Source: Raillietiella orientalis (Eukaryota). Taken from it: a DNA stretch of 64,000 nt. A program made the position numbers and the translations under genes. This document shows, piece by piece, positions 33,900-46,400 of this stretch. The stretch covers positions 744,001 through 808,000 of the forward strand of contig JAYWIR010000003.1 of the NCBI GenBank assembly GCA_036172245.1, given 5' to 3'. A model generated the notes under the pieces. The model searched no databases and had not been told where the DNA came from. It was given only the letters and a program-made list of their open reading frames with translations. Each line of letters starts with the position of its first letter. Within the stretch, counting starts at the first letter, position 1.

Positions 33900-36800
33900 C
33901 CCTGAACCCCGGGTCAAACGCTCGCTGAGGAATCGGCAGCGTAAGCAGTTGAAGTGGACTACGATTCTTCCACAGATTAAAAAGGAATTGCTGCCTCAGG
34001 ACCACGAGCCGGTTGCTTGTGTGTGGGGGTGCAGCTGCAGTAGGGGGAAGCCAGCGCGCAGCAAAGAGCTGCGTCCCCTACGGGGGCGGAAGGGACGTGA
34101 CGAAAGCGTGGCCGCGTTCTCGCATAAGGGAGAGTCGCTGCGAGAAGGCGCTCGATCCCTCCGATGTGTTATTGACCATCGGCACAACACGCATCTCCCT
34201 GTGGAAAGTGGACGGCACGGTCCGCGTCCACCTCCTCGCTCTTCATCCTTTCTCCGGGCTGAATTCGCGTCCTGTCGGAGGAAACTCCCGTGCTCGCTGC
34301 CGGCTCCGATTCGGCCCCTTGGAGCACACGATGAAGACGTCCCACGTCTCAATCATCGAATAGGAGGATCATGTGTGATTTGCTGCTTCGCGCTTCCCAG
34401 GCCATTAATTACATTTTGACCTGCGCATGCTCCCTGTTTGGACTGCGTCCCGCCTCGCACCTTGCAGACCAGCACGGTGGTCGAATGCGCACTCGCTCTA
34501 CCCGGACTGCCTTCTGCTTAACCAGTGGTCATCGGCAGAGTAGCCTTCGTGACGACACTGCCATCGGGAAAAGGCATGCGTCGCTCAATTCTTCATGAAG
34601 GTCTCATTAATTAAGTGGCAACACGCTTTCATGGGGACCACTTCTTTTATTCGCTTTCGGACAGCTGTTGTTCCTGCTGCACTTCGTCTCGCATCGCTAT
34701 CCGTGGAACATCCACACCCGCGAAAATTGAGCCTGCGATCCTAGAATGAGGAAAGCGGAAGTGCTTTGGAGTTTTCCGGTCGTGGAGAGGGTTGCCGACG
34801 CAGAATCTCGCAGTCACTGCGTGGAGACGCCGATTATGAGAGGCACGACGCGGGAAAGTTCCGTATCTTGTGAGCGGGGCTTCAAGAAGAAAAAAAAGAG
34901 GCTTTTTCCGAAGACTGCTGAGGATAATTGCAGAGGATGCGCACTCTGGGATTCTAAATTACGGTGCCCGGACCATTCGACCACAAGAGAACGGTTCCAT
35001 GAGTGAAAGGCTTCGAACTTCCCGGGGAAACACCCAGGGAAGGACAGGAAGAAGAAGAAGAAAAAAAAAAAAAAACTGGAATCGCGGAGCACTCAAGGAA
35101 GCGCTGCCGAGAAAAGAAGGACCACCCTGACCTCGTGCATCCGAAAGCAACCCACTGCTGCGCGCACCGCGCAGAAGGTTCAAAGGTGTCGCCGCTTCTC
35201 GGAAATCTCGAGATACGAGCGGCAACTTCGGCAGTAACGCCAGCCAATGGGAGGGAGAAAAACGCACAAGGGGAGAGGAGAAGAAAACCTCGAGGTCGTC
35301 CCCACGGCGGATCGAGCTCCGCGGGATAGGGTCGGGATGAGGTTCTTCCCTACAAACACTGCACTGCGCCTGCTGTGTACGCGACACAGGCGTGCGGTAC
35401 GCTGCTGCCGTTTTCGCTCCAGCCGTACTCGTGCAATCCGATGCACCTCGGAAACAGGAAGATGGCTGACGGCAGCATGCACGCCTACGAGATGACGCAA
35501 CTTAGTCCAGCAGCCACACTGTCAGATCGGTTTGCCTTTTTTTCCCTTCTTGACCTCCAGGTGGAAGTGTGCTTCGGTCATTGCGGGTTTGTTTTCCTCG
35601 GAAGCAGGGTTTAGCGATGGCTGCTTTGAACGATATTGGAAACCGATAAAAGAGTGGTGCTTCAGAGACCAGGAAGCGCCAAGCCGGAGCAGTTTAAGGA
35701 TTCCAGGGAAGTAAACCAAATGCTGGGTGCACGGACCCAGCATAGCCTCATACGAATCCCTTTTTTCGGGTGGTTTTTTACGAATTTAACAGCAGCCGAG
35801 TTTCCCTCTTTTCTTCTTGATGGAACCACCTTCCACGTGCTGCGCTTGCCTACAAGCCTCTTTCTTTCCAAGGCTTAGCAGCGTACTCCTCCCCTCCTCC
35901 TTCTTCGCGCCTGGTGGACTCCACAAATCAAATGCCCCCGAATCGTTCAACATCAGTTTCAAGAAACCTCTCCTGACAACTTCCGTTCCGCATCCATGAA
36001 TCCTTCGAGCAGTTCACTTGGAACAAATTGGATTCTTCTCCGGGGAAACTGGAAGAATTCTGAAGACCATCTTTGCCTGCCACATTCTCAGGCGTGGTGC
36101 GACGCGAAAGGCGCAAGATGGCGTCGGTCAGTATCGGGAGAGGGCGGTCGCTCCCTCTCCCGACGGCGACACGCCGCCTCGCCACGGTGCGGAAAGCGCC
36201 TCGATCTCTTCGCGGACACCTCCCCACTCGCTTCCAGAGAGCCATGGACCAAGAGGTCACTTCTCCTCCGAAGCACACACGTGTCACGTCACACGACGAC
36301 TTGGGGGTGCAGAGGTCGGTCGGTCTCCACGTCCACTAGTCCCATTCGTGTCGCGACGCAGATTCAACTGGGCATCCGCTTCCGTCGTTCTTCGTTCCGC
36401 TGTCGCTCTTTCTGATGGTCTTTCTGAGCGTGAGCGGTCGAGAGCAAAGCAGAGGGTTTCGGGATGCGTGACGCGCAGCGGGGAAACGCGGTGCTGCGGT
36501 GCCACGTAACAACGCACGAAGATTGCGCGGAACAGGTACATGAGGCTGCATCAGGCGGATTTGCCTGTCTGAACTTCGTCCTCCTCTCCTTCGTTCGTCT
36601 CGATCGTGCGCCACACCTGACGAACCCACACTCCGAGAGCAGTTGGCCGTACGGCAGGTATTCTTATCGATTTGAATTCTTCCCCGCTACCCGCGGGAGA
36701 GGCGGAGTTCCAAAAGTTCCTTTCGAAGAATTCCCGTCCGCCGCCTTGGAAGCCGCCGTTGGCAAGTTTCCTGGAACGAGTTGTTCCGGAACTGTCCTCC

Positions 36801-37311
36801 TGACCTCGCGTTCGTTTCGATCAACGCCTAGCCGTTCAGATGGACCCTGTGTGTGCCTGACGGGAAAATTGTTCCGTTCCTGAACAGGAGAATGGAAATT
36901 CCTTCCTCCGGGATCGCGGGAATACTGTGCCGATCGGCGGCCTGAATTCGGAAGACACGCCTCGGGCGGCAGGAAAAGTTCTCCCCTTCGGAACGCCCTC
37001 CGTCAGACCGCCGAGTGGTCCGTCCGCAGAAATCGGCGCAGAGATCGCCGGGCTCACGGCGAGCTCTCGAGTGGGGGAGCGGAACGGAACGAGGCGACTT
37101 GCCTACAGCGGGAGAACGAGGATCACCCACCTACCCCTAGCCTAACGAAGCGTCGCCCAGGACACGATAAGCACAACGACGCTCTACGGTTGCGTCAGCG
37201 ACCGGAGAGCAGCAGCATCGAAACCCTCCGAGATCAAGCGCGAGAGAGCTGGGAACAGAGATCCCTGCGCACGCGCGAGGAAGGCGTGAACGCATCACCA
37301 CCGAGGAGGAG

Positions 37312-37370
<59 letters not shown>

Positions 37371-38330
37371 CAGGAATGCCCGCGGTGATAATTCCGACAC
37401 GGCAGGAAACAGTTCTCGTCGGAGGCGAACCAAACCACGGCGCGCGCGCGCGGCGAGTGCCCCCCGCCCCCCTTCCCACCCCCCGGTACGGATGGAGCCA
37501 GAAAACTCGATCCAGCATCCGAGGATACGGGGTGATTACCTAAGGGTACGGAGTGAGGCTCTGCTTCAGGCACCTCCTCGCTCCGTTGCAAAGAGTCTTC
37601 CTTATCGAGGTACCCGGGACGCCTGGACGAAGCGGGGAATCTGGACGCATGGGAACGGCGAAGATTGTTCAGTGATGGGTTTTGCTGAGTCAACCAGTTC
37701 TGCTTCCCTGAGTGGCTACGGAAGGAAGGGCGGGCCATTCGCAAGCCTGCACTGAAAAGCAGGGCAAGGGGGGGGGGGGGGGAGAGAGAGAGAGAGAAAA
37801 TAAAAGCAATTCTGCTTCTCGTGTCCAAACACACAAAAGGTGGAAGACGATAAAATGTGTGTTTGGGAAAGAATCGAATAAGTGCCCGTCCGTATGTGGC
37901 GGTGGTGATTTCAAGACGCCTCGCTTCCTCGAGATGAAGAGGCAGTTCCGGGGAAGAGTGGCTGATTTCTTCCGGTACCCGAGCTCGAGCAGTAAATTTC
38001 CGCAGGCCCCACATTTCCCCTATTTGACTCGAACATCAGGCGTGTTTATGATATGCTAATAATGCGATTAAAGATGCGGCTTTCCGCCGCATGCCGAAAC
38101 AAACTTTGCGGCACCCATCTTGCGAACGACTTTCATCTTGGTTTCCAGGATGCGTCCCGGAGGAAGGAGCAAAGAGCATCGCGAGCGCAGAGAGAAGGAC
38201 TTTTCGGAAAACTCTGGGGATGCTGGCCACGAAACACGGTGTTCCTTGTGATCGCTCAAACTGCGATGGGCGTCTTCACGTTTCTCCCGATGGCAGATCG
38301 TACGCGACCACCGCCAAATGGGGAACACAC
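33900..38330 (+). mobile_element. Degenerate Gypsy/Ty3-like LTR retrotransposon internal region (protease-RT-RH-integrase)
   Basis: Ordered remnants: LTIG..ISLWKVDGT (protease, ~34170-34220); RLVDS (~35910); PTRFQRAMD...SHDDLGV (RT, ~36220-36310); LDRAPHLTNP (~36600); KCPSVC, GRVADFF, SKFPQAP, MADRTRP (integrase, 37880-38310). No LTRs identified. Confidence 0.55.
37315..37367. repeat. (GA)n microsatellite
   Basis: About 26 uninterrupted GA units preceded by (GGA)n. Confidence 0.95.
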
Positions 38331-39888
38331 ACAAAAAAAAAAAAACAGAAAAAAAACAAAAAAAAAAAACAAACCGGTTTGAGGAAACAGAAACGGTGAG
38401 TGACGGGCCGGAAGGCAAAGAAATCGCGAAGAATTGGGGGAAAAAATCAGAACAGTAGCGAAAACAAACGAAAAACAAAACAAAACAAAGAAAAGGCGAA
38501 AACAAAGCAATAAATCACTCCTGTCGCTCGGCGAAACTTCAAGCGACGGGATGGAGGAAAAGGCAAAACAAAAAAAACAGCACGGTATTTCATGATCGGC
38601 AATCACTCCCCGCAGGATTGCCAAGTTGGCCGCCGAGCCCGCAGACACACACATCCAGCGAGCAGCGCGCTCGCAGGGCTGCTCCCGAGCCGCAAGCAAG
38701 AAATCTGTCGTTGCCTTGTCACCAGCCGCAGGACTTTCTTCCCGGAGTTTCTGATGAACTCTGATCTGCGCGCCGATCAATCACTGCCACTTTCCTACGG
38801 AAACGCCAGCACTCGGACGGGAACTTGAGGGAATCTCCCCCCCTCCCCCGTCCCGAATTCAGCAGCAATTGGGATGCTCCCTTCCAAGCGTACATTCGAG
38901 ACGAAGACCATCCGCTTCCGCAGGGGCTGTATAAAAAGGGCGCTCCGACGGAGAACGCCTTTCGGACTCGAGGGCGCAGCAGGGCAAGCGCCAGACGAGA
39001 GCCGGCAGCAGGAAGGAGTGCACGAAAGGGAGGCCTCGCCTTGCGATTTCCGGTGGTACTTTCTCCCGCGGCGTTTCTGCACTCGGCGCGGCCGCTCTTC
39101 CCTTCCCTGTGGCGACCAGCGGTCGTCGCATGGGCCTCTGCGTAACGGTGGACGGTCGAGAAAAAAGTCCTCGAAGCCCGCCCCTCCCATTTTCCCGACA
39201 GGGGTCCGGCGAATCGGCTCTTTGACGGCGAGAAGAACGCATGCCCTCCAACGCGATCCTCTCAGCGAGGCGAGCGAATATTCGAGCGACGCGCGAAGAA
39301 CCACGCTGCTGGCGGAGGGAGGAAAGGAAGGGATGGGGGGGGGGGAGGGGGAAGAAAAGAAACGCAGACGGTGGGGTGCATCTGCATTCCGGCCGTGGGC
39401 AAGAAGATGCTTCGGTTACAACGGAAGGAAGGGAGCGTCAGCTCTGCAAATCCAATTTCTCGATCACCGACTGAAGTGCTGCCGACGAGAGAGCCTGCGC
39501 GAGGGAAAGAGGTCGTTATCTGAAAAGGCGTACGGCAACGAACTGCCAGTGGCTGCAGAGGGTGCTCCTGATCCACGACCGTCCACTCGCAGCCACCTCG
39601 TCGGAGCGCAGCTGGAGGCGTGCCGAAGACGAACGCCCGAAGTTGGCGCTTCGCCTCGCCTTCGGAAGTTCCTGTGGACGCACAGGGCGTCCTCTCCACC
39701 ACTTTGGAACCAAAGGGGAAGAAGCGAGCAACAGGGAAAGCACGACCAAAGGTGGAAACGACACAATCGTCCCCGTAGGCGACCAATTCACAGTCGTTTT
39801 ATTACCGCATATTCTCCCTGAAGATTCATTCGTACGCACTGCTGGAACTGTAACGTAATTCCTGTTCGATGAACGACTTCTTCCCGTT

Positions 39889-39894
39889 TTTATT
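39889..39894 (-). promoter_or_regulatory. Candidate polyadenylation signal (AATAAA) of the Grb-family gene
   Basis: TTTATT on the + strand about 390 nt past the stop; a second copy lies at 39798-39803. Confidence 0.4.
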
Positions 39895-40277
39895 TCGCTC
39901 ATTTCTTTTCACAGGAAGGAAGGGGAAAAGGGAGGAAAAACAGCAATACTAATAATAACACCACCTTGGAATTAGAATAATAATGTAATACATAGACACA
40001 TTCCAACATGCAAAGCTAATGATAATTTGAACAAAATTCCTCAGCGTTTCGGCCACCTGAGCGTTCTTTGGTATCACAAATTGGTCTGGACGTTAAAGAG
40101 TTTCTTTTTTTCTTCTTCCTCGCTGCTGCTGCTGCATCCTTGAGATCAAGCGCTGCGTTCCCCGTCGCAGAACGTTCCCTTCACCTCTTCCAACGCCAAC
40201 AGAATACAACAGTCGAGACCGACTCCAAGGGGAAACTCCAAAGTATTGATGACACACATACTAAAGTTGGTTTCTGG

Positions 40278-40472
40278 TCAGCAGCTGGACGCGTACAGGC
40301 TGTCGGTTTGCAGAGCACATTTGGTCGCGCTGACTACCAAGTAATACGTCAGTCTAACAGGTAGGCATCCTCTGTTCAGCTGATAGAAGTCGATCAGCTG
40401 GATCAAGTCGAAGAACTTGGTATCGCCTTTGTCCAGAGTGAAGCAATTCACTCCTTTCAATCGATCTGTTAT
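40278..40472 (-). CDS. GRB14: Grb-family terminal exon, SH2 end
   Basis: FTLDKGDTKFFDLIQLIDFYQLNRGCLPVRL, TGA at 40278-40280. Confidence 0.93.
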   Translation of the reverse strand: MTDRLKGVNCFTLDKGDTKFFDLIQLIDFYQLNRGCLPVRLTYYLVVSATKCALQTDSLYASSC

Positions 40473-43400
40473 CTGAGATAAGAAAATGGAGTGAAAAGCA
40501 GACAGACACACACACACACACACACAAAAAAAAAAAAAAAAAGAAAAAAAAAAAAAAAACCGTTTCCATCCAAACATCCGCAAGAACAGTCAAAACACAC
40601 AACACTTTTTGCACACTGAAAAGCGCGCGAAGTTATACTTTATGTTGGTAGCATTCCCCTTCCTCCCCCCCCCCTCTTCCCTCCGACACAAAGAACGACA
40701 AATCACGAAAACTTTCGCTTCTTCAAATCTTGAGCAACAAGCACACCTACCACAGAGATTTGCGAGTGGTAGATACGGCCGTCGTAGATGAACGATAAGA
40801 CAAAACTGCCTTTCCGACTGTGACTGTTTCTCACGAGGAAAACCCTAAAAAAACAAAAAAGAGAGAGATGAGGGGGGGGGGGGAGGAAAAACGAAAGATG
40901 AAGGAGGAGGAGGAGGAGGAAATCACAGAGAAAATTTCAAAACTCCGTCCATTTACCCATCCACAGTCCCGTGTTTCCTGAGAAGCTGCTCCGCCGCTTC
41001 CCTCGTCAGTCCGTTATGAAACCACGGCTGTACAGAATGCAGATCCAAGGATGGGCTCTTACGGGAACCTCCCAACAAGGAGTTCAAGCCACGCCGCTTC
41101 CTCCACGAATGACCTTCTGCCACGGCGATGGCGAGAGCCTCACGTGGATCTTCCACGATGCGACCGCTAGGGCCGGTGAAGTCCATTGCGACGCGAGATT
41201 TCTGAATCTCCTGTTGAAGACAATGCCCGAGTGACCCAAAGAACGCCTGCAGCACGGCGAGAGCACTCGAACGCCGACGCGGAGCAAGCAAATGCCGCGC
41301 GGCGCAGACAACCACCGCGCCACCACCGCGAGCGATCACCACACACCGTCTCCGAGCAATGCAACAAAGATGAAAACCTTTCTCAAGCAGATCTCCTTCA
41401 TCCCTTGCGGCCTGCTGCTCGCACGGCGTTCGCGGATCTGTATCACCATGGAGTGAACACTTTTCTTCAGCAAGTGCACCATTTTCGCGAACTTGACCAA
41501 CACTCTCATGATGCAGCTTCCCGCTTCCGAACCGCAGCGAGTGCCGACGAGAGCAACCGGTTTGCCGGGAACGCCTTTTGCCCTTTACACTGCGGGTTGA
41601 CCGGGTGAGCACGCGCGCGCAGTACGGCAGCACACGAACAGCTCTCGTTCGCTACTGGAAACGCGGAAACGAGGAATTAAAAGGCGATCGCGCCAAGTGA
41701 ACCGCACATGCGCTCCAAATACACGCGGGCGCTTGCAAGCAGCCACTCCGCTAAAATAAATCTCCGTGTACCGTTAGGCACGGCGGCAGGCTGCACACAC
41801 CCGGCAGGCAGCGTGATTTCGATCCGTACGCCCCCAGGGGGCGGCGACACGGGTGTCCTTTTTTTCGGGGGGCGCGAACAAACACGGCCGGGCATTTCTG
41901 GCGGGGGGGGGGGGGGACCCTTGGGAAGCGATCGGAGGAGAGATCGCGCTGCTGCCGCCGTCTCCGCGGACGGCGGCCCGCAATCGTCGCGCCTTTCCCG
42001 ATCCCATCGGCCGTCGGTGCACGTCGGGTGCCCGCTTTTGCGGTCGGCGCGAAAGACCGGCCCCTTCATTCGCTGCTGCGTGCGCAGCAGCCCCCCACGC
42101 AACGGGCAAAGGGACGCGCGCCGGGACGTGAGACCGCAAAACACTCACGTGAGAATCCTTGTGGGGATTGAAGTAATCCGGTAAAGACGGCGAGAAAGAC
42201 TCCTGCAGCCTCTGGCGAGACTGCAAGTAGTTGTCCCTTAGCTGCACGCCGTAGCGAGCCATCCGTAGGGCTGCGACCCACGACGACTTGATCTTCTCTG
42301 TATCACAGAACAAGAACTTGGGCATGCCGTCCTCGGCATTTTCCGCGGGCATCAAGCAGATGCCAAAGTCTGTCGGGGTACGGAAGTCGCTTCGAAAAAT
42401 ACTGTACACATTGTACGTTTCCATGGCCGCATACTGGACGAACCCAAGGGGCTTTTTGGAGTTGTTCTACGAAAAGAAACGAAAGAGTAAGCACTTCGGC
42501 GCGCGGATGCTGCTGTGCGCACACAGATTCAGCTGCTTGACGTAAAAGATGGAGGAACGCAAGAGGTTACCAAGCAGCGCGGGCGCGCTCTCTTTCGCGC
42601 GCGCTTCCCTCCTTCGCGTAATTCCCCCCTTTCCTTCAAGAGACCAAAGCTCTTCGACAAGGCTCCAATTCCAAGTCTGGCAGATGTCTAGAAGGAAGCG
42701 GTTTCTGGAGCGAGGTTGGGGGGAGACGCCCCGCCGACACTATGGCACGCGCAAAACCATGTTCCCGGCGCGCGCGCAACCCCCGAAATCCCCCTCTCCC
42801 CCGCTCTATGAGTGGTTCCAGAGCGGACTGCAGCGCGCGCCCCAGACGTGAAGAACGGACACCGCACCCTGGGCGGTCGCCATCCGAATCCCCCACTCGA
42901 GTTGCAAGAAAGAGCGAGGAAGAGACGCCCGCAAGGAACCCCAAAACCACGCCAGGGCAGCCCGCGCGCGTAGCAAGGGTGGTTGGTAGCGCCCGTAGCG
43001 TGCAGACGACCGCGCTGCCCCCTCAGCTTCTTGCCGGCCCCGGCCTACCGCAGGCTAACACCATCGGGATGGAGCTCTTCCTGTGGAAAGCGCCGTTCGG
43101 CGGGCGCGCGCTCATTCCCGAGCGCGCGCGGGGAGGAGGGTCCCCGTCGCCGTCGCCACCATGTTGCCATGACGAATGATTCATCAACGCACGGTGTACG
43201 GGACAGATCGCGCGCGTGCATGCGCATGCGCGCGCCCGGATTCGGAAGGTAAACACCATCCTCCTCCTCTCCCCCCCCCCCTCCGGAGGATGTTCGTCGG
43301 CCCGGTGGGGAGAGTTCAAGTGGACGTTGGGCAGCTGGTCAAACGGACAGGGGGCGCATGGCGACCTCCTGGGGCGACGCAGCAGGCGAGCAAGTGGCAC

Positions 43401-46400
43401 GGGAAAACACGCGCGCGCGTCCTGCTGACCCGCGGAACGGGGGAGCAGCACTAACCCAGCATGGTCACAGTGTCCGGCTTCCCTCCCCTCCCTCTCCTCC
43501 CACGACAGACCGGGACGCAGCTTTCGCCTCCTTGCCCTGCCTGCGATAAGAAGACCCCGCCGTATCCCGCAGGGAGCGCGCTCACCAGCACCAGGGAAAT
43601 TTGGCGCAGCGATCCTGGAAGGAAGGGACCATCGCGCTCTTCCCAAGGGGATCGAGAAAGTGGCACCCCTCTCGCCCTCACCCCCACCACCAGCCGCAGC
43701 AGCGACCGGGCCTCTGTGGACGCCACTCTGCCAAATCGGAGATGGACGTATGCGCATGCGAGAACGCCGCACGCACGTGGCGGCAGCACGCTCACGTGAC
43801 CTTTCCATTTCCTCTTCACGCGCCCGCTCGGCCAAGCGCCGCGCGGCGCCAGTCGAATTTGGCGCTTGCACTCCGCTCTGCGGGCTCGCGCCGGTGGGCG
43901 CTCCGTCCGCCCGACTGGGAATACGCTGGTGTGGGAAGGCCGACGGAAATGCAGCGACCCCGCCACCAGGCGCCCTCCTCTCCTCCCCCCCTCCTCCTCC
44001 CCACGCGGAGCGCTCCCGTCGGCAACCATCCTTCGTCCTCCGGGATGTTCCACTTTCACTCTCCCCCGGCACCAGATGTGGGCGGAAGGCTGGTCGCGAA
44101 CGTGCGACCTTCGCGCGCACGATTTCCGGTCGCCCACCAAACCGTCCCGAGCACACAAGAGGAAGTGAGGAGGCGATCCCGTGGCGGAGGTGAGCTCCCA
44201 CCTCCACCCCACCCTCCCCAACTCCCACGGCGACGAGAGAGCATCCGCCTCCGGCAGTCACGTGAAACACGCGCAACTCCCGCTCCGCCTCTCGCTTTCT
44301 GCCTCCGCGCCCGCGCGCGCTATGCTCGGCACAGATGACGCACAGGCGCGCGCGAAACGCCGGCGAGGAGCGCGTGACCGCCGGCACCGCCGCTCTGCGG
44401 AGCGGCGGACGTCCCGAGGACCGCCCCTTTCGAATGCCGCATCCCGGAAACGGGGGCTCGGGCTCGTCGCGATGTATCGCGTTACGCGGAAACCCGCGCT
44501 CCTCCTCCCTCTCTCCTTCCCCGAGCCCGGCGAAAGATGCTCGCCAGACGCAGGAGTTGCCGGGCTCCAGCGACGCGACCACCGGATGAGGGAAAGCAGA
44601 AGGCAAGAAGACGGGGGAGAAGCGTGGGCCGCCCCGCGCCCCGGGGGGCCACCCATCTTCCCGCTCCGTGGCCGAGAGGAGGGTCGTATGGAGAGGGCAG
44701 GTGCGCGACTCGGAAGCAGAGAGCGTGGTCCTTCTGGAGGCCGGGACCCGAGGGCGTGCCCGCCGCCTGCCCCTCGCTTGAGTGGGGTTGGACGGAGGCT
44801 TCGGCGAGCCTTACCTTCTGCGAAACGTCCCCCCCCCCCCCCCTGGGAAAACGGGGTGGGCGAGCTGTCCGAGAGGGCAGCAGCCAGCCGGGCAGCGGGG
44901 GTGCCGCTTTCACTCGAGGGCTACCTCGCACTCCGGGGAAATACGGAAACCGAAAACTCCGAAGGAGAAGAGGGGATCGGAGACGTGATGCCCGCGTCCA
45001 GAAGAAAACCGAAGCGGGAGGATCTGCCTCCCTCTCTCCCCCCCCCCCTTTCAAGACTGCACTAACCCAGCATGACCGGGGACCGCGGGTGCAGCTCCTC
45101 CTCCGCCTTCAGTCAGCGGCGCGCGCGCGCTCGACCGCGGCGGGGCGAGGCGGCGACCTCGACGACGCTCCGCTGGACGGGAAGCGGAACCAGAGGCGTC
45201 CGAGAGGGGGGTCGCACCCAGAAGATGCGACGCCGCCCTCCGGCCCCGAGGCGACGCCTCCGCACCTTGCACCGATCGGCCGCCTCTGCGGCGCCAGCCC
45301 CACTGAGCAAGGCTGGGGGACCTCCGGCGAGGGTATGGGCGTCCTTGCGAGTAAAATGGCGACCGGAGCTTCCGTGTGAGGGACGGGAACGGAGGGAGGG
45401 TCATCCGTCCGCGCCCATAGCCTCTCTCTCTTCCCATTCCCCCACCACGCACTCCGGCCGCGAGGGCAGCATACGTTGTCGAGGAGCTCCACCCATAGGG
45501 AGGGAACCCCGAGGGGTCCAGGAAACAGATCGGTGGGCGGTTCCAGAGAGCGGGACGGACCTCCTCCTCGTTTCCCATGGCGGAGCCTGCGCGCTGCGAG
45601 CAGGGAAGCGCCAAAGCCTTTGAGGTGCCCCAGGACGAATCGGGAGCGCGCAGAGAACGCTTCCGCGGGCGACCACGACCACTCGCCAGAAGAAGCTCGG
45701 TCGCGCCCTCGCAGGCCAACAGAAGGGGGACGGCAAAGATTGACCTACGACGCGTGTGACCTCCCATCCCCACCCCCGGTTCGTGTCGTTTTCGCCGGCA
45801 GCGTGAACGGACGTTCCACCCCTCCCCTCCGCCGTGGGTGAGCTCCAGCGCACGCGCGGCTCCGGGACGCCTCTGGCGGGTGGGCCTGAGGCGGCGCAGC
45901 AGACCGGAGAGCGAGGCGCCGGTGATGCGCTCACCTCGGATGGGGGAGGTCGACCGCGACCGCCCACCGGAGGGGGCAGACGAAACAGGGCGCCTCCTGC
46001 AAGGGGAAACCCTCCGCGGCGGCTCCACCCCGGCTCTCGTCCCAGAGGTGCGCACGTCGGTTCCCGGCATGCGCCATGGAAAGGGCTGAGCTCCAGGCGC
46101 CAAGGAGGCTCCGGTAGGCGTGCGGCTCGACACGAAACGCCCCCAAAGCGACTGGAAAGACGACGCCTGCGGAGGCGATCCACCCATTCCGGAGGAGGGC
46201 GCTCCCGGCAGGCTCCCCGCCCGTCCGCCTCCAGCCAACACACAGGTCCGCGTGCGGCCGACCAAGCCCTCCATCCTGTTGCGCCCGGGAAAGAGAATGC
46301 ACGAGGAGAGGAGAGAGGCAAGAGGCGGCCGCCTCGCCCTCCGCCCCTCTCCTGGCCCTCCTGAAAGCGGCGGTAGAAGGAGGAAAGGCGGCGTGGAGTC

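Noticed and set aside
35560..35711. Exon-like segment on the + strand (ctccag|...|gtaaac)
   Set aside because: No partner exons or recognisable protein; sits within the Gypsy-like relic
38874..39821. 315-aa plus-strand ORF downstream of the Grb gene
   Set aside because: Arg-rich, runs through homopolymer tracts and has no motif; a compositional artefact
40278..40295. C-terminal Cys as a CAAX prenylation signal
   Set aside because: The Cys is the last residue (ASSC), not fourth from the end
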